DNA from: Crocosphaera subtropica ATCC 51142
Lineage (GTDB): Bacteria > Cyanobacteriota > Cyanobacteriia > Cyanobacteriales > Microcystaceae
DNA length: 32,000 nucleotides
Reading direction: 5' to 3'
Assembly: GCF_000017845.1 (NCBI RefSeq)
Contig: NC_010546.1
Coordinates: 2,520,001-2,552,000, forward strand
The stretch's first letter is position 1; each line of letters begins with the position of its first letter. Shown here one piece after another: positions 7,528 to 16,913 of this stretch. The notes beneath the pieces were generated by a model. That model was not told where the DNA came from. It searched no databases and saw only the letters and a program-made list of their open reading frames with translations. A program made the translations under genes and the position numbers.

Positions 7528-8943
7528 CTAGCTACTTTCTTGTTCTTGGGGACTGACAGCTGGTTCTTTAAAGACCATGCGTAACCACGGGGGAGCTAAA
7601 AACGTGGTGAGGATTACCATCATAATAATGGCCGCTTCAGTAGACTGGGATAAAGCCCCACTGGCCGAACCCACCCCAGCAAACACTAAACCCACTTCCC
7701 CCCTGGGAATCATCCCTACGCCGATCGCCAATTTATTGAGGTCAGGTTTTCCTAAAATGGTAAAGCCAGTGACTACTTTACCAATAATAGCCACCACGAT
7801 TAGAAAAAGAGCTAAAACTAACCCTTCTCGGTTACTGGGAACGGTGGGGTTAAGCACACTTAAATCAGTTTTTGCCCCCACACAAACGAAAAAAATAGGG
7901 ACAAAAATATCAGAAATGGGAGCGATTAGTTCTTCGAGTTCATGACGTTTGGTGGTTTCTGCCAAGACTAAACCGGCAGCAAAGGAACCAAGAATACCCT
8001 CTAACTGAATGATTTGGGCAATATAGGACAGCACAAAGGCAAAACAAATAGACACCAGGAGAAGTTGCCCTCTGGTCTTCATTTCATCTACGAGTTTGAC
8101 GTACAAAGGACTTAATAGACGACCTAATAGAATCGCACCTATGAGAAAAATGGCTGCACTGACGATTAAATAAAGAATATTGAAAACTTGAATTTCTCCG
8201 GTTTTGACTAAACTGGCCACCACGGCTAAAACAATAATCCCTAAAATATCATCGAGAACCGCAGCCCCAATAATGATTTGTCCTTCTGAGGAACTTAAAC
8301 GACCTAATTCTGCTAATACTTTAGCGGTAATACCGATACTGGTGGCAGTTAAGGCCGCCCCGGCAAATACTGCAGGAACAATAGGGACATTGAAACCATA
8401 GACTAACCCCAGGGTTCCTAGAGCAAAGGGAGTCACTACTCCCACCACCGCAACGATCGCAGCTTGAGGTCCGACGCGAATTAATTCTTTTAAGTCAGAT
8501 TCTAGGCCAATTTCAAATAGGAGAATAATTACCCCTAATTCTGAAAGAACGGAAACCACTTCTCCCTGCGACGAAAACACCGCTTCTAAGCCTTCTGGGG
8601 TGACTTCGGTGGTTAGTTGTAAAAATTGCATTAGAAGGGAGTCATTGGCACTAAAACCCCCCTCTGGAAAGACTAATAATCCTAAGGCTGATACCCCAAC
8701 GGCAACCCCTCCGACTAATTCTCCTAAAACGGGAGGAAGATTAATGCGAAAACAGATTTCACCCCCTAATTTACTGGCAAAATAGATCACCACTAAACTT
8801 AGGAGAACACTAGCTAAAACGAGAGAACTATCGGCGGTTTCTCCTTCTGTTGCCGTTGCTAGTAACGGGACAGGAGAATAGAAATAGGTTGCAAACCAGC
8901 TTGATGTTAATATATCCATGCAAATTGTTATATCAGCTATCAT
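7528..8943 (-). CDS. Cation:proton antiporter, CPA2 / Na+/H+ exchanger family
   Basis: 471 aa and polytopic. The LPPVLGELVGGVAVG motif near the N-terminus is typical of PF00999-type exchangers. The start codon is uncertain; an alternative Met lies 8 codons downstream. Confidence 0.85.
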   Translation of the reverse strand: MIADITICMDILTSSWFATYFYSPVPLLATATEGETADSSLVLASVLLSLVVIYFASKLGGEICFRINLPPVLGELVGGVAVGVSALGLLVFPEGGFSANDSLLMQFLQLTTEVTPEGLEAVFSSQGEVVSVLSELGVIILLFEIGLESDLKELIRVGPQAAIVAVVGVVTPFALGTLGLVYGFNVPIVPAVFAGAALTATSIGITAKVLAELGRLSSSEGQIIIGAAVLDDILGIIVLAVVASLVKTGEIQVFNILYLIVSAAIFLIGAILLGRLLSPLYVKLVDEMKTRGQLLLVSICFAFVLSYIAQIIQLEGILGSFAAGLVLAETTKRHELEELIAPISDIFVPIFFVCVGAKTDLSVLNPTVPSNREGLVLALFLIVVAIIGKVVTGFTILGKPDLNKLAIGVGMIPRGEVGLVFAGVGSASGALSQSTEAAIIMMVILTTFLAPPWLRMVFKEPAVSPQEQESS

Positions 8944-9030
8944 CTAAAGTAGAAATGACTTTTACTACTTTACAGGTTTCTTTCTTATCGGTGATCAGCG
9001 ATCGCTAATTAATGATTAAATTGTTTAACA

Positions 9031-9054
9031 AGCTATCAGCTATCAGCTATCAGC
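9031..9054. repeat. Heptanucleotide tandem repeat AGCTATC x3.4
   Basis: Read directly; intergenic. Confidence 0.9.
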
Positions 9055-9131
9055 CTAAAAATTGTGCATATGATTAAGTATTACTAAGCTTGGGTCTAAA
9101 TCCCTTTTTATCCGCTACAAGGTGTCGAAGG

Positions 9132-9153
9132 CTGATTGCTGACCACTGACCAC
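9132..9153. repeat. Heptanucleotide tandem repeat CTGATTG/CTGACCA/CTGACCA
   Basis: Read directly; intergenic, just downstream of the Uma2 gene's stop codon. Confidence 0.85.
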
Positions 9154-9167
9154 TTTTTAAATTGGGT

Positions 9168-9812
9168 TCAAGTTGTTTGAAATTGTTGTAATAACCAGCC
9201 ACTAACTTCTGAATGATTATTTTCTCTACTTTTTTGTAACGCTTGAACTAAAATATCTATCTCTAAGTTAGGTAAAACTTGCGATCGCGTAATTCTTTTA
9301 CTTCCTTGATCTTCTATTTTAAAAGCAATAATTTTGACATTTTTTACATCAACAATCCAATATTCTTCTACGCCAAAATCTTCATATAATAAACGTTTCT
9401 CTCCCTTATCATCTGCAAGAGAAGTATTAGCCACTTCAATTACTAAATTAGGAGATGGATAAATATTTAAGTCAATCACACCAGTACCATAAGGAATAAC
9501 ATCAACATTATCCCCTGTATAAAAAGATAAATCAGGTTGTGCTTCTCTCACTCCTACTTTACGATAACTACAAGCATCTTTCCCATTTAAAGGAATGTTT
9601 TTTAAACCAGCATATAAATAAATAGCATGATTAATAATTGAGTGATCACTGGCATGGTCATTTCCTAATGGTGTCATTTCAAGTCTTGCTCTTTGGTTGT
9701 AATAATAAAACTTTGCTTTTTCGTAGGTTGAATCATCCCATAATTGTGAAAATTCATCCCAAGTTAAATTAATCCAACTATCGGTTATTATTTTAGTTTC
9801 TGTGGTGATCAT
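9168..9812 (-). CDS. Uma2-family (DUF820) PD-(D/E)xK putative endonuclease
   Basis: 214 aa. QPDLSF ... LVIEVANTS ... DKGEKRLLYEDFGVEEYWIVDV matches the Uma2 core and its C-terminal EYWIVD signature. Confidence 0.8.
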   Translation of the reverse strand: MITTETKIITDSWINLTWDEFSQLWDDSTYEKAKFYYYNQRARLEMTPLGNDHASDHSIINHAIYLYAGLKNIPLNGKDACSYRKVGVREAQPDLSFYTGDNVDVIPYGTGVIDLNIYPSPNLVIEVANTSLADDKGEKRLLYEDFGVEEYWIVDVKNVKIIAFKIEDQGSKRITRSQVLPNLEIDILVQALQKSRENNHSEVSGWLLQQFQTT

Positions 9813-9859
9813 AATGATACTAAGTTGTTAAAGATTCAAAGGGCTGATTTAGGAGAGGA

Positions 9860-9901
9860 AACAGGGAACAGGAAATAGGGAACAGGTAACAGGGAATAGA
9901 C
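9860..9901. repeat. Heptanucleotide tandem repeat, 6 units (AACAGGG/AACAGGA/AATAGGG/AACAGGT/AACAGGG/AATAGAC)
   Basis: Read directly; period 7. Confidence 0.9.
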
Positions 9902-10009
9902 ACTTTAATTTAAGTTAAGTTAAAAGTTCGGTTTTCAAGTTCGATCAGTTTTAGTTTCGTACAAGTATGATTATAGCGTTTCGATAGATTAGATAATTTT
10001 AAGTAAAGT

Positions 10010-10071
10010 GGTGGGTTACGACGGATTTTTATATTCTGGTTATAACCTAAATTTTAGCCGTCTAACCCACC
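10010..10071. repeat. REP/MITE-like hairpin GGTGGGTTACGACGG ... CCGTCTAACCCACC (14 bp with one bulge, 33-nt loop)
   Basis: The inverted repeat was read directly. The ...TAACCCACCCTAC end resembles dispersed cyanobacterial palindromic elements. Confidence 0.6.
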
Positions 10072-10143
10072 CTACAGAAGTTATTTTTTCTCTAAAAAGA
10101 CTTGCTTTTGCACAAACTTTGTGTAAAAACAGAAAATGAAGCT

Positions 10144-10198
10144 TCATAATGGAAATATAACCTCTTAAAAATAAAAAAGGCACTATTTTCCATTATGA
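10144..10198. repeat. Perfect 12-bp inverted repeat TCATAATGGAAA / TTTCCATTATGA with an A-rich 31-nt spacer
   Basis: Read directly. Confidence 0.8.
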
Positions 10199-10364
10199 TC
10201 CAGTCTATCATAAAAGTTGCCGTTGTGGATCATTGCAACTAAAATTTTGGAATTTTTTTCAATTCAATAAATCGTCATTGCGAGGGGTTATATAAACCAT
10301 AAGCGTTGATTATTACTAAAAATACCCCGAAGCAATCTACTATTGACATAAATATTGCTTGATT

Positions 10365-11688
10365 TTACAGGTTAGACCAGTTATAAATATGTTGTTTAAC
10401 TTGTTGATAATTGTCGTTAAGTTGGGGTTGAAGTAGAGTGATAGCGGTGAGTCGTCTGGCCATATTTGTGACTTCTCGAACTTCATCAATGGTTAGGGAA
10501 CGACTTAAGAGTTTTTCTTCTCGATAAAGGATCTAAAATATAAACATTATCATCGGCCAAACCATCCTCAATATGTAATTCTTCCTTTAATACTGTATCC
10601 ACACGGGACACCATATATTGAACAATTTCTTTAGGTGTGTACCAAACCCCTAATTCTTTGCGTAACTGAGGGTCAAATGCTTGCAAAAAAGGTTCATAAA
10701 AATACTGTACTGCTTCCCCTTCATCAAACTGGGTAAAAAAGTCTTCTCGTCGCACTCTATTTAAGGCTGAACCCGTCCAATTTAACACTTCTACTAAGTC
10801 TAACGCTTTTAACTTAGAGGGGGCTGCGATACGTTCAAAAATAGCTTGTATCATGGGAACATGGAGATAATAGACAGCCGTTCGCCAATCAAAATTATCC
10901 TCACGGTTCGGGTTTTCTTTATGCCAAAGAACCCAAGCGGAGAAAATGCCATAGAATAGGGTTTGTATTAAAGTAGACCGAAAAAAGCGATCGCCTTTAT
11001 CCCCTTCAAAAGTAATGCCTAATGCTTCTTCTAACGCTGTTCTAATGGACTGTAACGCTGGTAAATTGGTTTGTTGTTCAATGCGTGATTTTGCATCTTT
11101 TGCATAGGAAGCTAAAAACCAAGCGACATCTTCCGGGGAAGTGAGGGAAGTGACGGATAACGTTATCCGTCGTAAATATTCTAAAAAGCGATCGCTTTCT
11201 TGTTCGATCAGTTGTTGCGGTTGAGAAAGACTGATCCAAAAGTCCTTTTCATTATCAGCAAAAGAATAGCTTTCTAGTTTAACCCTGTTGCCATTTTTAT
11301 CTTCTCCCACTAACAAAAATTCTCGATAATTCGTCACTAAAACTTGACGGTATTTTTCCCAATATCTAACAACTTGTTCACCGTCAGCAATTTTATTAAC
11401 ATCTTCTTTAGTTCCTTTTATTTCAATCACTCCCCGTTCAGGATAGATAGAATTAAAGGGTTCACCGTCTTTATTTTTACGAAATTGATTAGCAGTAAAT
11501 AGTCCCCCGTCGGGTAAACCTGCGCCCTTATTTTTGAGATTAATAATGCAGCGAACTTTCGGTTTTAAGGTTTTTCCTACATCGTTTAAGAGGGTTTCTA
11601 AAGTGCCGTAATAAGAGGTTTCTTTGACCCCTGCACCGGTGCTATAAATCTCATAGAGATTACGAAAGTAAGTAGCTAAAGGATTCAT
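10365..11688 (-). pseudogene. Internally deleted type IIG (MmeI-like) restriction endonuclease/N6-adenine methyltransferase
   Basis: The 400-aa ORF keeps an N-terminal PD..EIK nuclease motif (GLPDGG ... GVIEIKG), a helical spacer and MTase motif X (WYTPKEIVQYMV). It breaks at motif I: VYILDP is followed by out-of-context LSRRKTLKSFPNH and a stop. A different frame at 10365..10530 then reads LYREEKLLSRSLTIDEVREVTNMARRLTAITLLQPQLNDNYQQVKQHIYNWSNL*, which looks like an orphaned C-terminus. No motif IV (NPPY/F) or target-recognition domain is present. Confidence 0.7.
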
Positions 11689-11828
11689 TCAATTATTATC
11701 TCATTAAATAACCCTTCTCATCTAAATTAAACTCTTAAGAGAAAATTAATCTGATTAACTGTTTCTCAAAAAAGGGTCAAGATGATACAATCTATCTCAA
11801 CCCTTAAACAATGTCAAAATATCTCTAC

Positions 11829-12605
11829 TTATTCAGCAGGTAAAATCACCTTATCAATAACGTGAATAACGCCGTTACTGGTCATGATATCGGCTTTAAC
11901 AACGGTTGCATCATCCACCATAACCGCTTCCCCTAGGTCAACTTCGAGATCGCTACCTTGAACGGTTTTCACTTTGCCGGCTTGGAGGTCACTAGAGGTA
12001 ACCACACCAGGGACAACATGGTAAGTTAAAATAGCGGTTAATTTGTCCTTGTTTTCAGGCTTTAGTAACTCTTCGAGGGTTTCTTCCCCTAAAGCTGCAA
12101 AAGCTTCGTCGGTGGGGGCAAATACGGTAAATTCCTGTTCTCCGGATAAAGTTTCGACTAAACCAGCAGCTTTCACAGCAGCCACTAAAATTTCAAAGTT
12201 GTCAGCCGCTACGGCGGTTTCAACAAGGTTCATTTCAGCTTTAGCTTCTTCTTTGTCACTGGACATTTCATCCGGATCGATGTCGGTTTCTTTGTCTTCA
12301 ACTGAGTCAGACATTTCATCATTCATATCTGTTTCTTTTTCCATGGATGTTTCCTCCTCACCCATGTCGGTTTCCTTGTCTTCAACCGAGTTAGACATTT
12401 CATCATCCATGTCTGTTTCCTTTTCCATCATGGTATCAGACATTTCATCGTCTTCTTTGTCCATGACTTCCGTTTCTGTCTCAGCCTCTTCTACTTCCAT
12501 TTTCTCAGCAACCGCAGGAGAAACAGAGAAACCGAGGGCTAGGAGTACCCCTAAGAAGACAACAAAGGATTTTAATCCTTTTGTTAAATTCAATTGCTTA
12601 ATCAT
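11829..12605 (-). CDS. Secreted fasciclin (FAS1) domain protein with an acidic Met-rich repeat region
   Basis: The Sec signal ends in SPAVA|EK. The C-terminal FAS1 motifs are [21 protein letters not shown] and [13 protein letters not shown]. Confidence 0.88.
   Translation of the reverse strand: MIKQLNLTKGLKSFVVFLGVLLALGFSVSPAVAEKMEVEEAETETEVMDKEDDEMSDTMMEKETDMDDEMSNSVEDKETDMGEEETSMEKETDMNDEMSDSVEDKETDIDPDEMSSDKEEAKAEMNLVETAVAADNFEILVAAVKAAGLVETLSGEQEFTVFAPTDEAFAALGEETLEELLKPENKDKLTAILTYHVVPGVVTSSDLQAGKVKTVQGSDLEVDLGEAVMVDDATVVKADIMTSNGVIHVIDKVILPAE
12261..12428 (-). repeat. In-frame tandem duplication, 2 x 84 bp (2 x 28 aa: [28 protein letters not shown] / [28 protein letters not shown])
   Basis: The repeat is seen in the translated product and in the DNA of the fasciclin gene. 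Confidence 0.85.
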
Positions 12606-12769
12606 AGTTTTCCTTATGTTATGTTTAAGTTATAGGACAACTATTAATTAAGTTTACAAAAAAAAGTTAAGATTTTGATAAATCGGGAACTTTTATACTA
12701 TTGAGAATGAGTAACAATAAGGAAATCCTTTTGCAGCAACTCAACAGACACACATCTAGGATTTTTTTT

Positions 12770-13069
12770 CTATGACTCAGAGGCTGTCGAGGCGGTTTCT
12801 GTCTCCCGTTTCACACGACGGATGGGTAAATTAGCAATTAATGCAGTCATACGTTGATCGCTTTCTAGGGAAAATTCCATTTCGTCAGGATCAATATCGA
12901 CATAACGGTTAACCACGGCTAAAATTTCTGTCCGCATGGCTTCGATCATTTCGGGGTTTAATCCTGCGCGATCGTGAGCAATAATAAATTTAAGACGGTG
13001 TTTTGCTTCATCACCACTTTTGCTTTGACTTTTCCAGGGGAATATTTTTTCAAGGATCTCAAGAATCAT
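12770..13069 (-). CDS. minE: Cell division topological specificity factor MinE
   Basis: 99 aa. [15 protein letters not shown] ... [12 protein letters not shown] matches the MinE core. It lies directly downstream of minD. Confidence 0.9.
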   Translation of the reverse strand: MILEILEKIFPWKSQSKSGDEAKHRLKFIIAHDRAGLNPEMIEAMRTEILAVVNRYVDIDPDEMEFSLESDQRMTALIANLPIRRVKRETETASTASES

Positions 13070-13096
13070 GGGTTTAGGGGATCAATTTAAGAGGGT

Positions 13097-13894
13097 TTAC
13101 TTTTTGAAAATACTGAGAAGACGAGTAATGAGGTTATCATCGGCTGCCATAAAATCAAGGAAAGGAATCTCTTTTCCGTTTAATCGTTGGGCAATATTAG
13201 TAAAGGCTAAACCTGGAAGAGAAGGAGTTTCTTCTAGAACCAAAGGTTCCCCTTTATTGGTAGAAATAATAATCCGTTCATCATCCGGAACAATTCCCAA
13301 TAGGGGAACCACTAATAAATCTAAAATATCCTCTACCCCAATCATTTGATTGAGTTGGATCATTTTCGGTTTAATGCGATTAACAATGAGGTGAATTTTT
13401 TTAATATCTTCGCTTTCTAATAGTCCCACAACCCTGTCAGCATCCCGTACAGCGGCCATTTCAGGGGTGGTAACAATAATCGCTTCTTGTGCTGGACAAA
13501 TAGCGTTACGAAATCCCATTTCAATACCGGCAGGACTATCAATGAAAATGAAATCAAACTGTTTGTCTAAATCTGCCACCAATTTCTTCATATCCTCAGG
13601 ACTAATGGCTTCTTTAGTACGATTTTGGGCAGCCGGTAAAAGCATTAAGTTGGGCTGGCGTTTATCTTTAACCAATGCCTTATCAATAGAACATTCCCCA
13701 GATAAAACATCAATGGCCGTATAAACCACCCGTTGTTCGAGTCCTAGGAGTAAATCTAAATTTCTTAAGCCAAAATCTGCATCCACTAAAGCAATTTTAT
13801 ACCCTAATCGGGCAATGGCCGATCCTAGATTGGCAGTAATAGTGGTTTTGCCTACGCCCCCTTTTCCAGAGGTAATTACAACAACACGACTCAT
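13097..13894 (-). CDS. minD: Septum site-determining ATPase MinD
   Basis: 265 aa. The deviant Walker A is ITSGKGGVGKTT, and the amphipathic C-terminal tail is RLLSIFKK. Confidence 0.95.
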   Translation of the reverse strand: MSRVVVITSGKGGVGKTTITANLGSAIARLGYKIALVDADFGLRNLDLLLGLEQRVVYTAIDVLSGECSIDKALVKDKRQPNLMLLPAAQNRTKEAISPEDMKKLVADLDKQFDFIFIDSPAGIEMGFRNAICPAQEAIIVTTPEMAAVRDADRVVGLLESEDIKKIHLIVNRIKPKMIQLNQMIGVEDILDLLVVPLLGIVPDDERIIISTNKGEPLVLEETPSLPGLAFTNIAQRLNGKEIPFLDFMAADDNLITRLLSIFKK

Positions 13895-13933
13895 AATGTA
13901 AAGCTCAATTATCCAATAGACTTGAATTAATTA

Positions 13934-14752
13934 TTATGCAGGATTAGGGGTGTTTTTTTCTGTCCATCCTTTATCCTTAACCGTAAATATATGGGTTTTA
14001 TTAAAATTGAGGGCAGACTTTAGGCGGATGCCTTGTGTGGTTAAATAAGCCACTTCTGGTTCAAATACCTCTGGACTGTCCCCAGGGGGTCGGGCCACGG
14101 CTTCACCAATTCGCAACTGGGTTGGCTGCATTCGCAACGCCATGATACAACATTCTGGATTGCCTTTTGCCCCTGCGTGAGCAATACCCCGTAAATATCC
14201 CCATATAATAACATCTCCATCGGCAATTACTTCTCCCCCTGGATTAACATCTCCTTGAATAATAATGGTTCCTGGATGACGAATCGCTACTCCAGAACGA
14301 ACAGTTGTTTTAAGATACAATGGTTCGTTGAGATTGCCTTGACCTGAAATCTCTGTGGGAAAGAGTTCCCGTTTAGGGGTTTCTTGTTCAACGGAATAAC
14401 CGGCTGTAGCTGCAGTAATGGCGGTTTGACGGCGTGTAGTGAAAACACGGGTTAACTTTAATTCTGCTGCGTCTAAAGCTTCCCCAATATTGTGAAATTG
14501 CCGACTATCCATTAAACGGTTTTCCACTAATAAATGAACGGCGGTTCCTGGGGTCCAAGTTCCTTTATGATGGTTCAGACAGTATTTTAAATCCTGTAAG
14601 AGTTCTACCCAGTCTTTTTGTCCTTCTTTGGGTTCGCTATCTGGCAAAATCAATAATAGTTTTTTCCCCGCCCTTTTTAGGTGAACTTGGGAATAAGGTT
14701 TAGATATATTGGTATTACTACTAGGCAAAGAGGTGGTTGACTCAGGACTCAT
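13934..14752 (-). CDS. minC: Septum site-determining protein MinC
   Basis: 272 aa. The C-terminal beta-helix repeat is GDVNPGGEVIADGDVIIWGYLRGIAHAG. The gene order is minC-minD-minE. Confidence 0.88.
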   Translation of the reverse strand: MSPESTTSLPSSNTNISKPYSQVHLKRAGKKLLLILPDSEPKEGQKDWVELLQDLKYCLNHHKGTWTPGTAVHLLVENRLMDSRQFHNIGEALDAAELKLTRVFTTRRQTAITAATAGYSVEQETPKRELFPTEISGQGNLNEPLYLKTTVRSGVAIRHPGTIIIQGDVNPGGEVIADGDVIIWGYLRGIAHAGAKGNPECCIMALRMQPTQLRIGEAVARPPGDSPEVFEPEVAYLTTQGIRLKSALNFNKTHIFTVKDKGWTEKNTPNPA

Positions 14753-14899
14753 AGACTCAAATCTTTAGATGATCTAAAAGTTAAGCTTAACATCAATATA
14801 AGAAAACGGGGGAGATTTAAAACACTCACTAGATTTCCCTGTTGCTGTAGGACAATTGTGGTCAATTTATTTTTCAGCCAAGGTTACCAATAATTTGAC

Positions 14900-15559
14900 T
14901 TAATTTAGCTCAACAATTTCTCCATTTTCCCCTAAAGATGGATAATTTTCTCCTTTCTTATGATAAATTTCTGCTAGATTGGGATAACTCCATTCAAATA
15001 AAATTTGATGATATCTTTTAATATCTAATCGACTTGTATCATACATCTTTTTTTGTAATCTTTGACGTTGCGCTTCAAAAAGAATCACCGCAGCAGCAAC
15101 AGAAACATTCAAGGATTGTACCATTCCTAACATGGGAATGATAATATGCCCATCAACTAAACTCGCTGCTTCTTCGCTAACTCCCCATTTTTCTGCCCCT
15201 AGTAAAAGGGCTGTAGGCTGTGTATAATCAATATCTCGGTAATCTACAGATTTATCAGTCAAATGGGCTGCATATATCTTAAATTTTTTACTTTTTAGAT
15301 GATTAATAGCTGTTTGAATATTAGGATGAGTATGAAGAAAAATCCATTTATCACTCCCTTGCGAAACTTGAGAAAAGGTAGGAAATTCATCGGTTGTATT
15401 AATACTATGAACGTCTAATATTCCCACAGCATCACAAGTACGAATAATGGCCGATAAGTTATGAGGTTTATGAACATCCTCGGTTAAAACAGTTAAATCT
15501 GGTTGTCTTTTTTCAAGAACTTCTTTAATACGATGATAGCGTCTAGGAAGCAAATTCAT
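14900..15559 (-). CDS. trmH: SpoU/TrmH-family RNA 2'-O-ribose methyltransferase
   Basis: 219 aa. SPOUT motifs are present: NLSAIIRTCDAVG, LLLGAEKWGVS and IPMLGMVQSLNVSVAAAVILFE. Confidence 0.85.
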   Translation of the reverse strand: MNLLPRRYHRIKEVLEKRQPDLTVLTEDVHKPHNLSAIIRTCDAVGILDVHSINTTDEFPTFSQVSQGSDKWIFLHTHPNIQTAINHLKSKKFKIYAAHLTDKSVDYRDIDYTQPTALLLGAEKWGVSEEAASLVDGHIIIPMLGMVQSLNVSVAAAVILFEAQRQRLQKKMYDTSRLDIKRYHQILFEWSYPNLAEIYHKKGENYPSLGENGEIVELN

Positions 15560-15727
15560 GAAGTTACAATTGATGTTAGATTGTCAAAACTTTATTCTGA
15601 TCCGTTTTATTTTATCATATTAATTTACTTTCGATTGTCACAAATATTAAAATATTAATCTGAAGGAAATTCAACTAATTAATTAAACTAATAGTGATAA
15701 GATAGATGCAAACTAGATAAGAAGAAG

Positions 15728-16882
15728 ATGAAAAATTTTGATTGGATTATTATTGGTGCTGGCATTACAGGATCAGCCCTCAGTTATGAGTTGGCTAAAC
15801 AAGGACTGAAAGTTTTACTACTAGAAAAAGATCCTAATTATGATAATGCAACCCGTTACAGTTATGGAGGAATTGCTTATTGGTCAGGAACCGATGATGT
15901 TTCTATCAAATTATGTCAAGAAAGTCGACAGATTCATCATCACTTATCAGAAGAACTTGGAGAAAATACAGAGTTTCGAGAATTGGATTTAATGTTGACC
16001 ATTCCAGTTGATAAAGATCCTCAAACGATTGCTAAAAATTATCAAAAATTCTTCGTTCAACCTCAATTATTAACCCCTCAAGAATCCACTGACATTGAAC
16101 CTTTATTAAACCCTAATGCTATCTCAGGCTGTCTTAAATTACCTCATGGACATATTCATCCACAAAAAACAAACAATGCTTATCTACACGCTTTCTTAAG
16201 ATTAGGTGGAACAATACAATATGAAGAAGTTACTCAAGTATTGTCTCAAAATCAAACCATCACAGGGATAAAAACAAATAAAGAAAAATATTATAGTAAA
16301 AATGTGGTAATTTGTGCAGGAGGGTTAACTCGTTCTTTATTAAAAACCCTAGGAATAACCCTTAATATTTATTTTACTCATTCTCAATTAATATTAACAC
16401 CAACCGTAGATATTAGTCTAAAAAGTTTAGTAATGCCAGCTATTTTAAACCGTCTCGATATTGAAGAACAATCAGGAGATTCTGAATTCAAATCTTTATG
16501 GAATCGTCCCAGTGATGAGATTATTTCTGATGTCATGGAACCTGGGGCGATTCAATTTTTAGACGGTAGGTTTTGTTTAGGTCAAATTAGTCAAATTAGA
16601 ACTAATCCTCAAGCTAAAATTGATAGTCATTTAGCAGAAAAAACCATTCGCCAACGAGTTGGAAAAATACTTCCTGCTTTGCAAGATTTACCAGGAGAAT
16701 TACATCATTGTTTAGTTGCCTTTTGCCCTGATTCTAACTTTTTAGTGGGTAAAATTGATAGTTTGACAGGACTTCATTTATTCTCAGGATTTACTAGCAC
16801 TTTTGTTTTTGCCCCACCTCTAGCGAGACGTTTTGCTGGTTGGGTGATAGAAGATTATCAAAAAATGCCATCTTTGTTATAA
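15728..16882 (+). CDS. FAD-dependent oxidoreductase (DAO family)
   Basis: 384 aa with the N-terminal Rossmann motif DWIIIGAGITGSALSYELAKQGLKVLLLEKD. The substrate is unknown. Confidence 0.8.
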   Translation: MKNFDWIIIGAGITGSALSYELAKQGLKVLLLEKDPNYDNATRYSYGGIAYWSGTDDVSIKLCQESRQIHHHLSEELGENTEFRELDLMLTIPVDKDPQTIAKNYQKFFVQPQLLTPQESTDIEPLLNPNAISGCLKLPHGHIHPQKTNNAYLHAFLRLGGTIQYEEVTQVLSQNQTITGIKTNKEKYYSKNVVICAGGLTRSLLKTLGITLNIYFTHSQLILTPTVDISLKSLVMPAILNRLDIEEQSGDSEFKSLWNRPSDEIISDVMEPGAIQFLDGRFCLGQISQIRTNPQAKIDSHLAEKTIRQRVGKILPALQDLPGELHHCLVAFCPDSNFLVGKIDSLTGLHLFSGFTSTFVFAPPLARRFAGWVIEDYQKMPSLL

Positions 16883-16913
16883 TGATTATTGATTTATTTT
16901 TAGAACAATTATT

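Noticed and set aside
7577-8785. Three plus-strand ORFs (7577..7945, 8204..8401, 8600..8785) inside the antiporter gene
   Set aside because: These are antisense shadow ORFs with Pro/Thr/Ala-rich low-complexity products. The minus-strand frame encodes a coherent 471-aa CPA2 transporter.
9031-9901. Short tandem repeats considered as a possible CRISPR array
   Set aside because: The units are 7 nt with no spacers, there are no 25-40 nt direct repeats and no cas genes. They are STRR-type microsatellites.
12043-12651. 202-aa plus-strand ORF, extremely Ser-rich
   Set aside because: It is the antisense shadow of the acidic GAx/GAT-rich repeat region of the fasciclin gene. The minus-strand product has a signal peptide and clear FAS1 motifs, whereas this one is low-complexity.
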